In this document: one piece after another, positions 28,355-36,987 of the stretch
How the letters are laid out: each line of letters starts with the position of its first letter
Numbering within the stretch: position 1 is the first letter of the stretch
Assembly (NCBI GenBank): GCA_964520195.1
Contig: CAZFNX010000001.1
Location: forward strand, 34,421-98,420
Source of the DNA: an uncultured Candidatus Saccharibacteria bacterium
Lineage (GTDB): Bacteria > Patescibacteriota > Minisyncoccia > Phycocordibacterales > CAIZLB01
Direction of reading: 5' to 3'
DNA length: 64,000 nt
The notes under the pieces: generated by a model
What the model saw: the letters and a program-made list of their open reading frames with translations, nothing else
What the model was told of the DNA's origin: nothing
Database searches by the model: none
Translations under genes and position numbers: made by a program

Positions 28355-28566
28355 GACGTTACCTTTCTTTTGCGCGGGTATTCTACGTACCGCAAGTGAA
28401 TGTTCAGGGGTGAGGTAAGGTGTAGAAGGTCCTTAACTTGTATAGTATTATAGCATATATGTGTAATAAAAGCAAGGGTATACTCATCAAATCTTTGCAA
28501 TATATGGGTAGAAATATAAATTATTTAATATATACAATATTCATTTACATATAAATATGTTATAAT

Positions 28567-29514
28567 TTGTTACAAATGAAATTACTCATAGAGGCCATTG
28601 TTCAAAAACATGATCTAGGGGATTTCATATCTTTTGATGCGGTTAGTGAAGGGGTGCTTAATAAAAACTTTATCTTTGAAACAAGCAAAGGTAAGTTCTT
28701 CCTTAAGAACTGTCATGCGAAAACTAAGACTCGAATGAAGTTTATTAATGATGTTGAAAAATTTATGAAAACCCCAGCTGTTCCTTCGGTTGCAGCTATC
28801 TCTATTGATGAAGCAGAAGGATATATGCTCTATTCATTTGTTGAAAGCGACAGAACACATGACTATAATCTTAAAGATTATTTTAAAATGGGACAAATGC
28901 TTGGACATATTCATGCGGTGACATATGGAAAAGATATTCCAGAGAATTTAAAGCAATTTCCATATGTTGAAAGAGATCTGAAAGATATGGTTGTAGGAAT
29001 GAAAAAATATGAACAGATGTTGGAAACAAAAGAAAACAAAGATGAGGTTGATATATTATTTTTAGAATATATTCAAAAGAAACTTTCATATGCGGAAAAT
29101 TATGTCGATATACCAGAACTTGTAAATGATACATTAATGCATGGTGACTTTCATGCAGGGAACTTACTCTTCAGCAAAGACATGAGAGAAATAATTGGTG
29201 TATGTGATTGGGAAAAGGCACAATATTCCCCAAGAGTTTTAGATGTTGCACGAGCATATCTATATATTGGTTTTGGTACAAATACAGATGATATTGTTGA
29301 GTGTACTCAGATCGGGGAAGCTGTGCTTGAAGGATATAGAACAATACTACCTATATCAGATGAAGAATTTCAAAAAGGAATTAAGATTCGTATTAAATCA
29401 AATATCTTTACTCACTGGATTGAAGATAAATACTATATTGGAAAAGATGCTCGTGCAAATAAATTTATCAAAAACGGAATAATGATTTTAGATCATTTTT
29501 GTTCCATACAATAA
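28567..29514 (+). CDS. APH/ChoK/HSK2-type phosphotransferase (kinase)
   Basis: Catalytic loop HGDFHAGNLLF and the DFG-equivalent motif VCDWEKA. Family PF01636-like. Confidence 0.65.
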   Translation: MLQMKLLIEAIVQKHDLGDFISFDAVSEGVLNKNFIFETSKGKFFLKNCHAKTKTRMKFINDVEKFMKTPAVPSVAAISIDEAEGYMLYSFVESDRTHDYNLKDYFKMGQMLGHIHAVTYGKDIPENLKQFPYVERDLKDMVVGMKKYEQMLETKENKDEVDILFLEYIQKKLSYAENYVDIPELVNDTLMHGDFHAGNLLFSKDMREIIGVCDWEKAQYSPRVLDVARAYLYIGFGTNTDDIVECTQIGEAVLEGYRTILPISDEEFQKGIKIRIKSNIFTHWIEDKYYIGKDARANKFIKNGIMILDHFCSIQ

Positions 29515-29560
29515 ACCCATATACTTTCTGGTAAGGTATGGTATTATCATCATAATTTTT

Positions 29561-31123
29561 ATGCATAACGATAAACAAAAGATTATAAAAAATAAGACTC
29601 TTCCGAGGTCGATTAGATGTGTTGTGCGTATGTATCCCTCAAACCAAGTAAACAGATTGTATTATGGAGGGTTACCGCACCTTGGAAATGCTTTGTGGGG
29701 ATCTTGGAATTCTCTAGATATACAAAAGGCTTCAGAAGCATATGAAGACTATAGTCTTTCCACAAACCTTCTCATAAAAGGTTGTAAGGTGCCTACAGGG
29801 GATAAAGTTCGACTTGGAGGTGGAAGTCCTGCTCGATTTAAACCTTTCAACCAATCTCTCATTCAAATCCAGGAAACTTTGGACAATAGAATTCTTTCTG
29901 ATTATCCGCTAGCAGCAGGAGACAACACGGCAAAAGAATCTATTATCAAATATTTTAACGAGAGATATTCAAAAGAAATCCAGAAGAATAATATTATATT
30001 TGCTCACTCAAGTACGCAGGCATTTGCACTGGTTATGGAGGCAATACTCGATTATGGAGACGTGGTACTCATGACAGGTCCTAGTTATGGACTATTTGCA
30101 TTTATACCTGAAAGAGTTGGAGGAAAAGTTCGGTTACTTGAATTGACCTCTCAAGATGGCTGGAAGGTTAATCCTAAAAAACTAAAGAAGCTTATAGTAG
30201 AAATTAACGAAGAGCTAAAATCAGATTACGATAAAAATCGAGGTAAATATATTTTTAGACGTTCTGACACTTCTCCAAAAGTGGCAGCGTTTGTGAATAT
30301 AAATCCTCACAATCCAACAGGAATCGTATATGGAGAAAAAGATAAATCATTATTGATGGAAATATCAAGTATCTGTAAAGATGCTGGTGTATTTGTTATT
30401 GATGATCTTGCATATAGTGGACTGGAATATGATAGAAAAAATGTAGCTCTACCTATTTGTAGTTTGAAAGGACAGTTTGATAATACAATCACTTTGTACA
30501 CTCTTTCAAAAAGTTATGGGCTTGCTGGACTTCGGGCCGGAATGGTTATTTCTAATGAAATCGTTAGTTCACTAATCAGAGATAGAATTTTTCAGAGCTT
30601 TGACTCGTTATCTATTTTACAGTCGTCAGCAATAAGTGCTGCGTTTTTACCTGGAAAGAAAGCAGAGAGGGAAAGAGAAGAGTATTTTACATATACAACA
30701 AAAGAATATAACAATAGATATGTTTTTGTGAAATCTATAGTAGAGGGTGTGCAAAATCTTGATAAATCAGAGAAAACTCTATTGGATAAAATCATAAAAG
30801 AAAATAATCTAAAAATAGATTTTCATACGCATGTAAACGGAATTAAGGATATTAAAATCATTCTCAAGCCTGAATCAGGATTCTTCTTATTGCTGGATTT
30901 AACAGGACTTATTGGTAAAAGATATAAGAAATTTAAAATTATTGATGAAAGAACTCTACTTCAATTTCTATATACATCAGAAAACGTGAAGACGCTTACC
31001 GGTAAGGCTTTCTGCTGGTTGGACGAAAGCAAACTTGTGATTCGAGTAACTACAGCTTTTGATTACGAAGGTTTGTTGAAAAACTTCTTAAGATTTAAGT
31101 CATCTATCGAGTCACTCCAATGA
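29561..31123 (+). CDS. PLP-dependent aminotransferase class I/II with ~100-aa N-terminal extension
   Basis: NINPHNPTG (NPxNPTG) and the PLP-lysine motif LSKSYGLAGLRAG. Confidence 0.8.
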   Translation: MHNDKQKIIKNKTLPRSIRCVVRMYPSNQVNRLYYGGLPHLGNALWGSWNSLDIQKASEAYEDYSLSTNLLIKGCKVPTGDKVRLGGGSPARFKPFNQSLIQIQETLDNRILSDYPLAAGDNTAKESIIKYFNERYSKEIQKNNIIFAHSSTQAFALVMEAILDYGDVVLMTGPSYGLFAFIPERVGGKVRLLELTSQDGWKVNPKKLKKLIVEINEELKSDYDKNRGKYIFRRSDTSPKVAAFVNINPHNPTGIVYGEKDKSLLMEISSICKDAGVFVIDDLAYSGLEYDRKNVALPICSLKGQFDNTITLYTLSKSYGLAGLRAGMVISNEIVSSLIRDRIFQSFDSLSILQSSAISAAFLPGKKAEREREEYFTYTTKEYNNRYVFVKSIVEGVQNLDKSEKTLLDKIIKENNLKIDFHTHVNGIKDIKIILKPESGFFLLLDLTGLIGKRYKKFKIIDERTLLQFLYTSENVKTLTGKAFCWLDESKLVIRVTTAFDYEGLLKNFLRFKSSIESLQ

Positions 31124-32007
31124 AAATATTTATAGCTTCATCTGAAAATCATGTCGGAAAAATCCAAGAAGATATTTACCTACGTGATATGTTTATATCT
31201 AAGGTGTGTGAATCTGAAATTCTTACTCTAAAAAATATTTTGAATATTGCACAGACAGGTGATACAGTGATACTAAAAAGCATTTGGGGATACCATTTAA
31301 ATCCCGAAGAATTTCTTTCCCAAGTATCTGCTCTTACGTCTAAAAATGTTAGGTTAATAAATAATCTCCAATTTATTTTATGGAATATAGATAAATATCA
31401 GTATCTTAATGATATTAAAACTCTTGGAGTAGTTCCAACTAAATTATTATTAATCAAAGATACAGATGTTGCTTCGAATTTAGTTTCTGAATTGGGTAAA
31501 GATTTAGATGAAAACCCATTAGTTATTAAGCCTAATATATCTGCGAGTGGTTATTTAACATATTTATATGATGTTGAAAAAGATAATACAGATATTATTG
31601 CTTCACTCTTAGAGTATAAGCATCTTGATTTTATAACTCAACCATTCAGAGATTCTATTACCGAAGGAGAAATATCTGTCATTATAATTAATGGTAAAGC
31701 TTTGTATGGAATAAAAAGGTTTCCAGGAGTTTTTGTTAATAAAAGAAATCCGGATTTTATACATATGAATAATATTCCTGATGTCATACATGATAAACTC
31801 AAGAGGATAGAAGAATATTTTATTCAAAAATTTAATAGACTGCCAGGTATTTGTAGGGTTGATTTTCTAAGGTTTCAGGATACGTATGAGATTTCTGAGA
31901 TTGAACTAATTGATCCTGACTTATTTTTTCGCCATATACCAGAAGAGGTTAGAAAAGAGGCGCTTCTCCAGTTTTATGCTATGATAGAAACTAATAACAA
32001 TAATTAA
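31120..32007 (+). CDS. ATP-grasp-like ligase (RimK/GshB-like), translationally coupled (ATGA overlap) to the aminotransferase
   Basis: PLVIKPNISASGYL central motif and a C-terminal RVDFLRF...EIELIDPD motif of ATP-grasp type. Weak overall similarity. Confidence 0.45.
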   Translation: MKIFIASSENHVGKIQEDIYLRDMFISKVCESEILTLKNILNIAQTGDTVILKSIWGYHLNPEEFLSQVSALTSKNVRLINNLQFILWNIDKYQYLNDIKTLGVVPTKLLLIKDTDVASNLVSELGKDLDENPLVIKPNISASGYLTYLYDVEKDNTDIIASLLEYKHLDFITQPFRDSITEGEISVIIINGKALYGIKRFPGVFVNKRNPDFIHMNNIPDVIHDKLKRIEEYFIQKFNRLPGICRVDFLRFQDTYEISEIELIDPDLFFRHIPEEVRKEALLQFYAMIETNNNN

Positions 32008-32024
32008 TATATTTACTACATTTT

Positions 32025-32474
32025 ATGTATAGAAAAGGCGTTTCAGCACTCATTATAAATCCAAAGGGTAAATTCCTTATTGTGAACCTAAACTCGTTTG
32101 AGGAACAATTTTATGCTATTCCAGGGGGTGGTGTAGAGGAAGGTGAAAGTCTTGAAGAAGCAGCTTACCGAGAAGTAAAGGAAGAGCTTGGTATTGATGC
32201 AAAATCTCTTGAATTAATCGGAAAAGGTGAGACTCCTCTCCAATTTACTTTTAAAACACCTAAAGTTAAAAACGGAGTTGAAATCATCGGATCAGAACGA
32301 CATTTTTTTGGATTTAAGTTCATAGGTGATGATAATGAAATTAAACTTCAAGAAGATGAAGTAAGAGCATACAAATGGGTTCCATTTGTAGAACTGGATA
32401 AATTCTTACTTTTCGATAATCAACTCGCAGAGACTTCAGAAAAATTGGTAGAGCTATTTCCTCAATTTAAATAA
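32025..32474 (+). CDS. NUDIX hydrolase
   Basis: Nudix box GGGVEEGESLEEAAYREVKEELGI. Confidence 0.8.
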   Translation: MYRKGVSALIINPKGKFLIVNLNSFEEQFYAIPGGGVEEGESLEEAAYREVKEELGIDAKSLELIGKGETPLQFTFKTPKVKNGVEIIGSERHFFGFKFIGDDNEIKLQEDEVRAYKWVPFVELDKFLLFDNQLAETSEKLVELFPQFK

Positions 32475-32477
32475 GAT

Positions 32478-33707
32478 ATGATAAAACCAACACTTCTTTT
32501 TGTGGAAGAGGTTGAAAACACACTCACAAATAAAGTCACTTCAAATGAAACTATTAATGTAGTTCTGCTTCGATTTAAGCAGAATATGTTTTTTACTGAT
32601 GGACATTTACACAAAACATCTCATTTGCCGTGTTTTATGCTGGATAAAGAACAGCCATTACATGAAGAAGTATTGAGGTTCGAAACTTTTTGCATTGAAC
32701 ATGATATATCAATTAATTATTTTTACAATGACTCTGAATATAATCAAGAATTCATCCAAAGATTTGCATCAGAACTTAAGATACCTGGTTCTTTAAATGA
32801 ATACCAAGCACGTTGTGTTAGAGACAAAGCGGTAATGAAGGATATGCTTCAAAAAATTGGGTATAAGACCATGCAGTACAATGAACTATCTTCTCTGGAG
32901 GATGTGATATCGTTCTCGGAGAAGTATGGGGGATTTCCAGTAATTGTAAAATGGAGAAAGGGACTTTCATCAAAAGAGGTATATAAAATAGAGGATATTA
33001 ATCAACTGAAAGAATTACATTTAGATTATTCTTCAGGACGTTTTATTGCTGAAACATTTAATCCGTATTTAATATGGTGCATAGATTCACTGATTCAGGA
33101 TGGAAAAGTGGTTGGAACTTTCTATACATGGTTACCATATACAAACTTAAGCTTTGCAGAAAAGAAAGAGAAATTTGCTCAGATAACTGTAAGTGAATCT
33201 CCTACAGAAATTAAATTTGATGGAAATAAAGTAATTCAAGATATCGTAGATGAACTTGAGTTGAAGAACGGATATATACACTTAGAGGCTTTTGTTGATC
33301 CAGATGGTCAACCGACGATTTGTGAATTTGCATGGAGAACTCCAGGTGAGCATATGTTGCTGAATCATAGTAAGGCTTTTAATATTGATGTATATAACTT
33401 ATTAACAGAGATAGTTGTTGAAAGAAAAATCCAACCATTAAGTCTTAAAGGTGAAAAATGTGTAGGAGATATGTTTCTTCCTCTGGTTGCAGGTGAGGTA
33501 ACTATGATAACTCCGTTTTCTGTACTGAAAGATTTTGAGGGAGTCATTGATGGTGATGTTTATTATAAAGTAGGGGATAAGGTTGAATCAAAGAGACAAT
33601 ATACAAATTGTTCTGGATGGCTGCAGATTGAGGGAGATACAAAAGAAGAAGTTTTAAATCGAATGCTAAAAGTGTATGAAAAGTTTGAAATTCAAACAGA
33701 AGAGTAG
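32478..33707 (+). CDS. ATP-grasp enzyme, L-amino-acid-ligase-like
   Basis: GGFPVIVKWRKGLSSKEV (ATP-binding B-loop region) and GYIHLEAFVDPDGQPTICEFAWRTPGE (ATP-grasp E.N.R.GG-type motif). Confidence 0.6.
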   Translation: MIKPTLLFVEEVENTLTNKVTSNETINVVLLRFKQNMFFTDGHLHKTSHLPCFMLDKEQPLHEEVLRFETFCIEHDISINYFYNDSEYNQEFIQRFASELKIPGSLNEYQARCVRDKAVMKDMLQKIGYKTMQYNELSSLEDVISFSEKYGGFPVIVKWRKGLSSKEVYKIEDINQLKELHLDYSSGRFIAETFNPYLIWCIDSLIQDGKVVGTFYTWLPYTNLSFAEKKEKFAQITVSESPTEIKFDGNKVIQDIVDELELKNGYIHLEAFVDPDGQPTICEFAWRTPGEHMLLNHSKAFNIDVYNLLTEIVVERKIQPLSLKGEKCVGDMFLPLVAGEVTMITPFSVLKDFEGVIDGDVYYKVGDKVESKRQYTNCSGWLQIEGDTKEEVLNRMLKVYEKFEIQTEE

Positions 33708-33762
33708 TAAACTTGATTAATTAATATAAGCGTGGTACTTTAAATACAAAGAACCTTAACTT

Positions 33763-34422
33763 ATGAAAGATTTTACTCACCCTGTTCCTGAGCAGTATCA
33801 CGAGATGCTGTTCATTGGATACAAGAACAGTAGAGGGCATTTGATTGACTTCAAAGTTCCACCAGTTGTTGTTGATTCGGTAAGGTCAATCGATGAGTGT
33901 AGAAGCATTGTCCTTGCTGAACATATCAATATCAAGAGTCTTCCTTTCGATTATCAACAATCTAAGTGTTTCTTGATTGTAAGACCTACCGCTCTTCCTT
34001 ACAGATTCTATGTTAGAGACTTACTACTTGAATTAGGATTGAAGCTTAGTGATGAATTTGGGCTAGATAACTTCATGTCATTGGCTGATGTGCTGTATCA
34101 AGTTGATCTTGAAAAAGCATACCACTGGAAATGGAGAATCATAGTCAATACGCTTCATGAATCTGGAGCTCAAGACCAAAATAGAGCGCATGTGTTTCTG
34201 TTCGAAAGTGGTGATCAAGCAATCTGCGACAAAGTGATGATGCTGAAGAAAAAGATTCGTGTCGACTTGGGTGAACTACCTGTTGTTGTAAAACATAACG
34301 GTAAAGCAGTGCTTGCTCTTGGACTACATCACCTTCACTCGCCAGACATGAAAGACATCGCTTTGGAATTTAATGCAATAATGCATGCAAAAAATAAAAC
34401 GTCAGTATTTTCTGAGGTCTAA
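33763..34422 (+). CDS. hypothetical protein (219 aa), last gene of the ligase locus
   Basis: ORF with moderately elevated GC. No recognisable motif. Confidence 0.35.
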   Translation: MKDFTHPVPEQYHEMLFIGYKNSRGHLIDFKVPPVVVDSVRSIDECRSIVLAEHINIKSLPFDYQQSKCFLIVRPTALPYRFYVRDLLLELGLKLSDEFGLDNFMSLADVLYQVDLEKAYHWKWRIIVNTLHESGAQDQNRAHVFLFESGDQAICDKVMMLKKKIRVDLGELPVVVKHNGKAVLALGLHHLHSPDMKDIALEFNAIMHAKNKTSVFSEV

Positions 34423-34651
34423 AAGCTTCGAATCTAACCTCCCCTAGTGTAAAAGCTAGTAAGGAGGATTTTCTTTATTGATTATCTTGTGTCTCATATG
34501 GACGTAAAAGTTATATAGAAATTGTGTAGTTGTGGGGTATGTGGAGTTTATTCAATTTATATATATTTCATGCTACAATAATCCCATGCTCAGTCAACAA
34601 GCCATCCAGACAATACTTGGAATCAAAGAGAAAATATAATCTTCAAAATAC

Positions 34652-35311
34652 ATGAAATCCCACAGCACGCTTACTCGGTACACATACAAGATAACTCGAT
34701 TTTTTCTAACACCATTCATTAGATTTATATGGATTAAATCAACCGTAGGAGTAGAACATATTAAAAAACATAAAAAAGCTGCAATCGTCGCGGCAAATCA
34801 TCAAAGTTTTTTTGATTTTTTATGTCTTGTTTCAGCAACAAATAAGAATATACATTTTCTTTCCGCTGAAAAATTTTTCAAACATAAAGTATGGAGAATA
34901 CTTATGATTATTACGGGTCAGATTAAAGTAGAGAGAAATTCTCATGATAAGTCTGATGTACATATGTCAGTAAAACAACATTTACAAAAAAATAATCTTG
35001 TAGGTATATTTCCTGAAGGAACTCGTTCTCCGTCGGCAACAGAGATGCTTAAGGCGTATACTGGTGTTGCTCGTTATGCGTTAGAACATAATGTTCCTGT
35101 TATACCAGTAGGTATAAAAGGGGCTCACGATATTCACAACAAAGAAAGTAAAAAACTTTCATTTAAGAAAAATGTTGAGATTGTCATAGGAGAACCTCTG
35201 GTTTTTACGTATGCTGAAGGGGACTATTTGAATAAAGATATTTTACAAGATGTAACAAATGTTGTTATGAAAGAAATAGCCAGATTGTCTGGAAAAAACT
35301 ATCCATATTAG
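34652..35311 (+). CDS. plsC: 1-acyl-sn-glycerol-3-phosphate acyltransferase (lysophospholipid acyltransferase)
   Basis: HxxxxD motif (ANHQSFFD) and FPEGTRS motif. Confidence 0.75.
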   Translation: MKSHSTLTRYTYKITRFFLTPFIRFIWIKSTVGVEHIKKHKKAAIVAANHQSFFDFLCLVSATNKNIHFLSAEKFFKHKVWRILMIITGQIKVERNSHDKSDVHMSVKQHLQKNNLVGIFPEGTRSPSATEMLKAYTGVARYALEHNVPVIPVGIKGAHDIHNKESKKLSFKKNVEIVIGEPLVFTYAEGDYLNKDILQDVTNVVMKEIARLSGKNYPY

Positions 35312-35337
35312 AAAGATAATATGATACAATTGTAGAC

Positions 35338-36936
35338 ATGTCAGCCTTCAGTCTTTCAAGTCTTATACTTAGTCTCACGACTATTATTTTTAGTATCGTA
35401 GCGTACCAATCAGATAGAGAAAATAGGGTTAATAGATACTGGTTTTATTTTTCTATACCTTTTGCGGGGTGGAGTTTGGCACTGTATCTTTTGACAGATG
35501 CAAAAGATGCTGATCATGCATTGATATGGCAATATGCACTTGATGCTATTGCGGTGTGGATTCCTGCTACATATTTTGCATTTGTGTCTGCGCTTTTACG
35601 GTACAAGCAGACATATACAAAACATATTCTCTATGTGATTAGTTTTTTGTTATGTATATTTAGTTTCTCTGATTATTTTAAAGTAGGTGTTGTTAGAAAA
35701 TTTGATTTCTATTGGATAAATCCAGGAGCATGGTATGTGATATTCCCAATCTTCTTTGCTATTACGGTTATTATCAGTATTTTCCATATTTTGCACACGT
35801 TGAAGAAAATAGAAAAGGGAAGTACATATTCATCACAGCTTAAAAATACTCTTATTGTATGTATTATAGGGTTTACAGCTGGTGGAAGTAATTTTTTCCC
35901 GCAATTTTTCAACATCTATCCTTTTGGAAACTATATCGTAATCCTATATATCATAGTTATGGTGTATGGTGTGATTCGATATAAGGTATTAAGTCCAAAA
36001 GTGGTTTCTGCGCAGATATTTACATTAGCTTTGATGCTTTTGTCGTTTATAGAGATTATACTGGCTCCTGATGTTAAGCAGATACTATATAAGACAGTAA
36101 TGTTCATTCTTGTTTCTTTCTTTAGTTGGTTGTTTATTAAAAACCTAAAAGTAGAAATAAAAATTAAAAACGAACTAGCTACTATTAACGACACCCTCAT
36201 CAAAAAAAACATCGAACTGGACCGTATCTCAGCAGAAAAAACAGAATTCGTATCCCTTGCATCTCATCAGATTCGAGCGCCATTAACATCTATTCGTGGA
36301 TATATATCACTGCTTCGTGATGAAGATCTGGGTAAGCAAACAAAAGAAGCTAAAGAAGCTCTCGATATCATGGATACATCATGTACAACACTGTCATCAG
36401 TTGTTAATGATTATCTTGATGTATCACGTATCGAACAAGGTAAAATGCACTTTGATTTTATTGATATCGATGTTCGTGATTTGTTGCGTGAGTGTATGGC
36501 TGAGTTAAGTCCTTCACTCGCTAAAAAGAATCTAGAGTTTATCAATCATGTGCCAGATAGAGTCGATGTGTCTGATGTATCGTATAGTGTTCGTGCAGAC
36601 AAGGCGAAGTTGAAGCAAGTGATTATGAATATTATAGACAACTCTATAAAATATACTCCAAAAGGAAGTATTACTGTCACAACTTGTAAGAAAGATGAGC
36701 ATACTGTTCGTATTGAAATACAAGATACTGGGGTCGGTATTGCTCCTGAAGTTATGCCAAAACTTTTCGTAAAATTCTCACGTGCTCCTGATGCAAGTGA
36801 GGCAAACATACTTGGTACTGGTCTTGGGTTGTTTATTGCCAAATCATTCATTGAGGCTCATGAAGGAAAGATTTGGGCTGAGTCTGCTGGAACAGGAAAA
36901 GGAAGTTTGTTTGTAATTGAACTGAAAGGAGTATAG
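35338..36936 (+). CDS. sensor histidine kinase with polytopic N-terminal membrane domain (orphan; no adjacent response regulator)
   Basis: Seven or more TM helices. H-box SHQIRAPLTSIRGY. N/G1/G2 boxes (DNSIKYT ... GTGLGLFIAKSFIEAHEGKIW). Confidence 0.8.
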   Translation: MSAFSLSSLILSLTTIIFSIVAYQSDRENRVNRYWFYFSIPFAGWSLALYLLTDAKDADHALIWQYALDAIAVWIPATYFAFVSALLRYKQTYTKHILYVISFLLCIFSFSDYFKVGVVRKFDFYWINPGAWYVIFPIFFAITVIISIFHILHTLKKIEKGSTYSSQLKNTLIVCIIGFTAGGSNFFPQFFNIYPFGNYIVILYIIVMVYGVIRYKVLSPKVVSAQIFTLALMLLSFIEIILAPDVKQILYKTVMFILVSFFSWLFIKNLKVEIKIKNELATINDTLIKKNIELDRISAEKTEFVSLASHQIRAPLTSIRGYISLLRDEDLGKQTKEAKEALDIMDTSCTTLSSVVNDYLDVSRIEQGKMHFDFIDIDVRDLLRECMAELSPSLAKKNLEFINHVPDRVDVSDVSYSVRADKAKLKQVIMNIIDNSIKYTPKGSITVTTCKKDEHTVRIEIQDTGVGIAPEVMPKLFVKFSRAPDASEANILGTGLGLFIAKSFIEAHEGKIWAESAGTGKGSLFVIELKGV

Positions 36937-36987
36937 ATAGAATATATTTAAAAATTAATAGTAATTTAATGATACAATAGACACATC

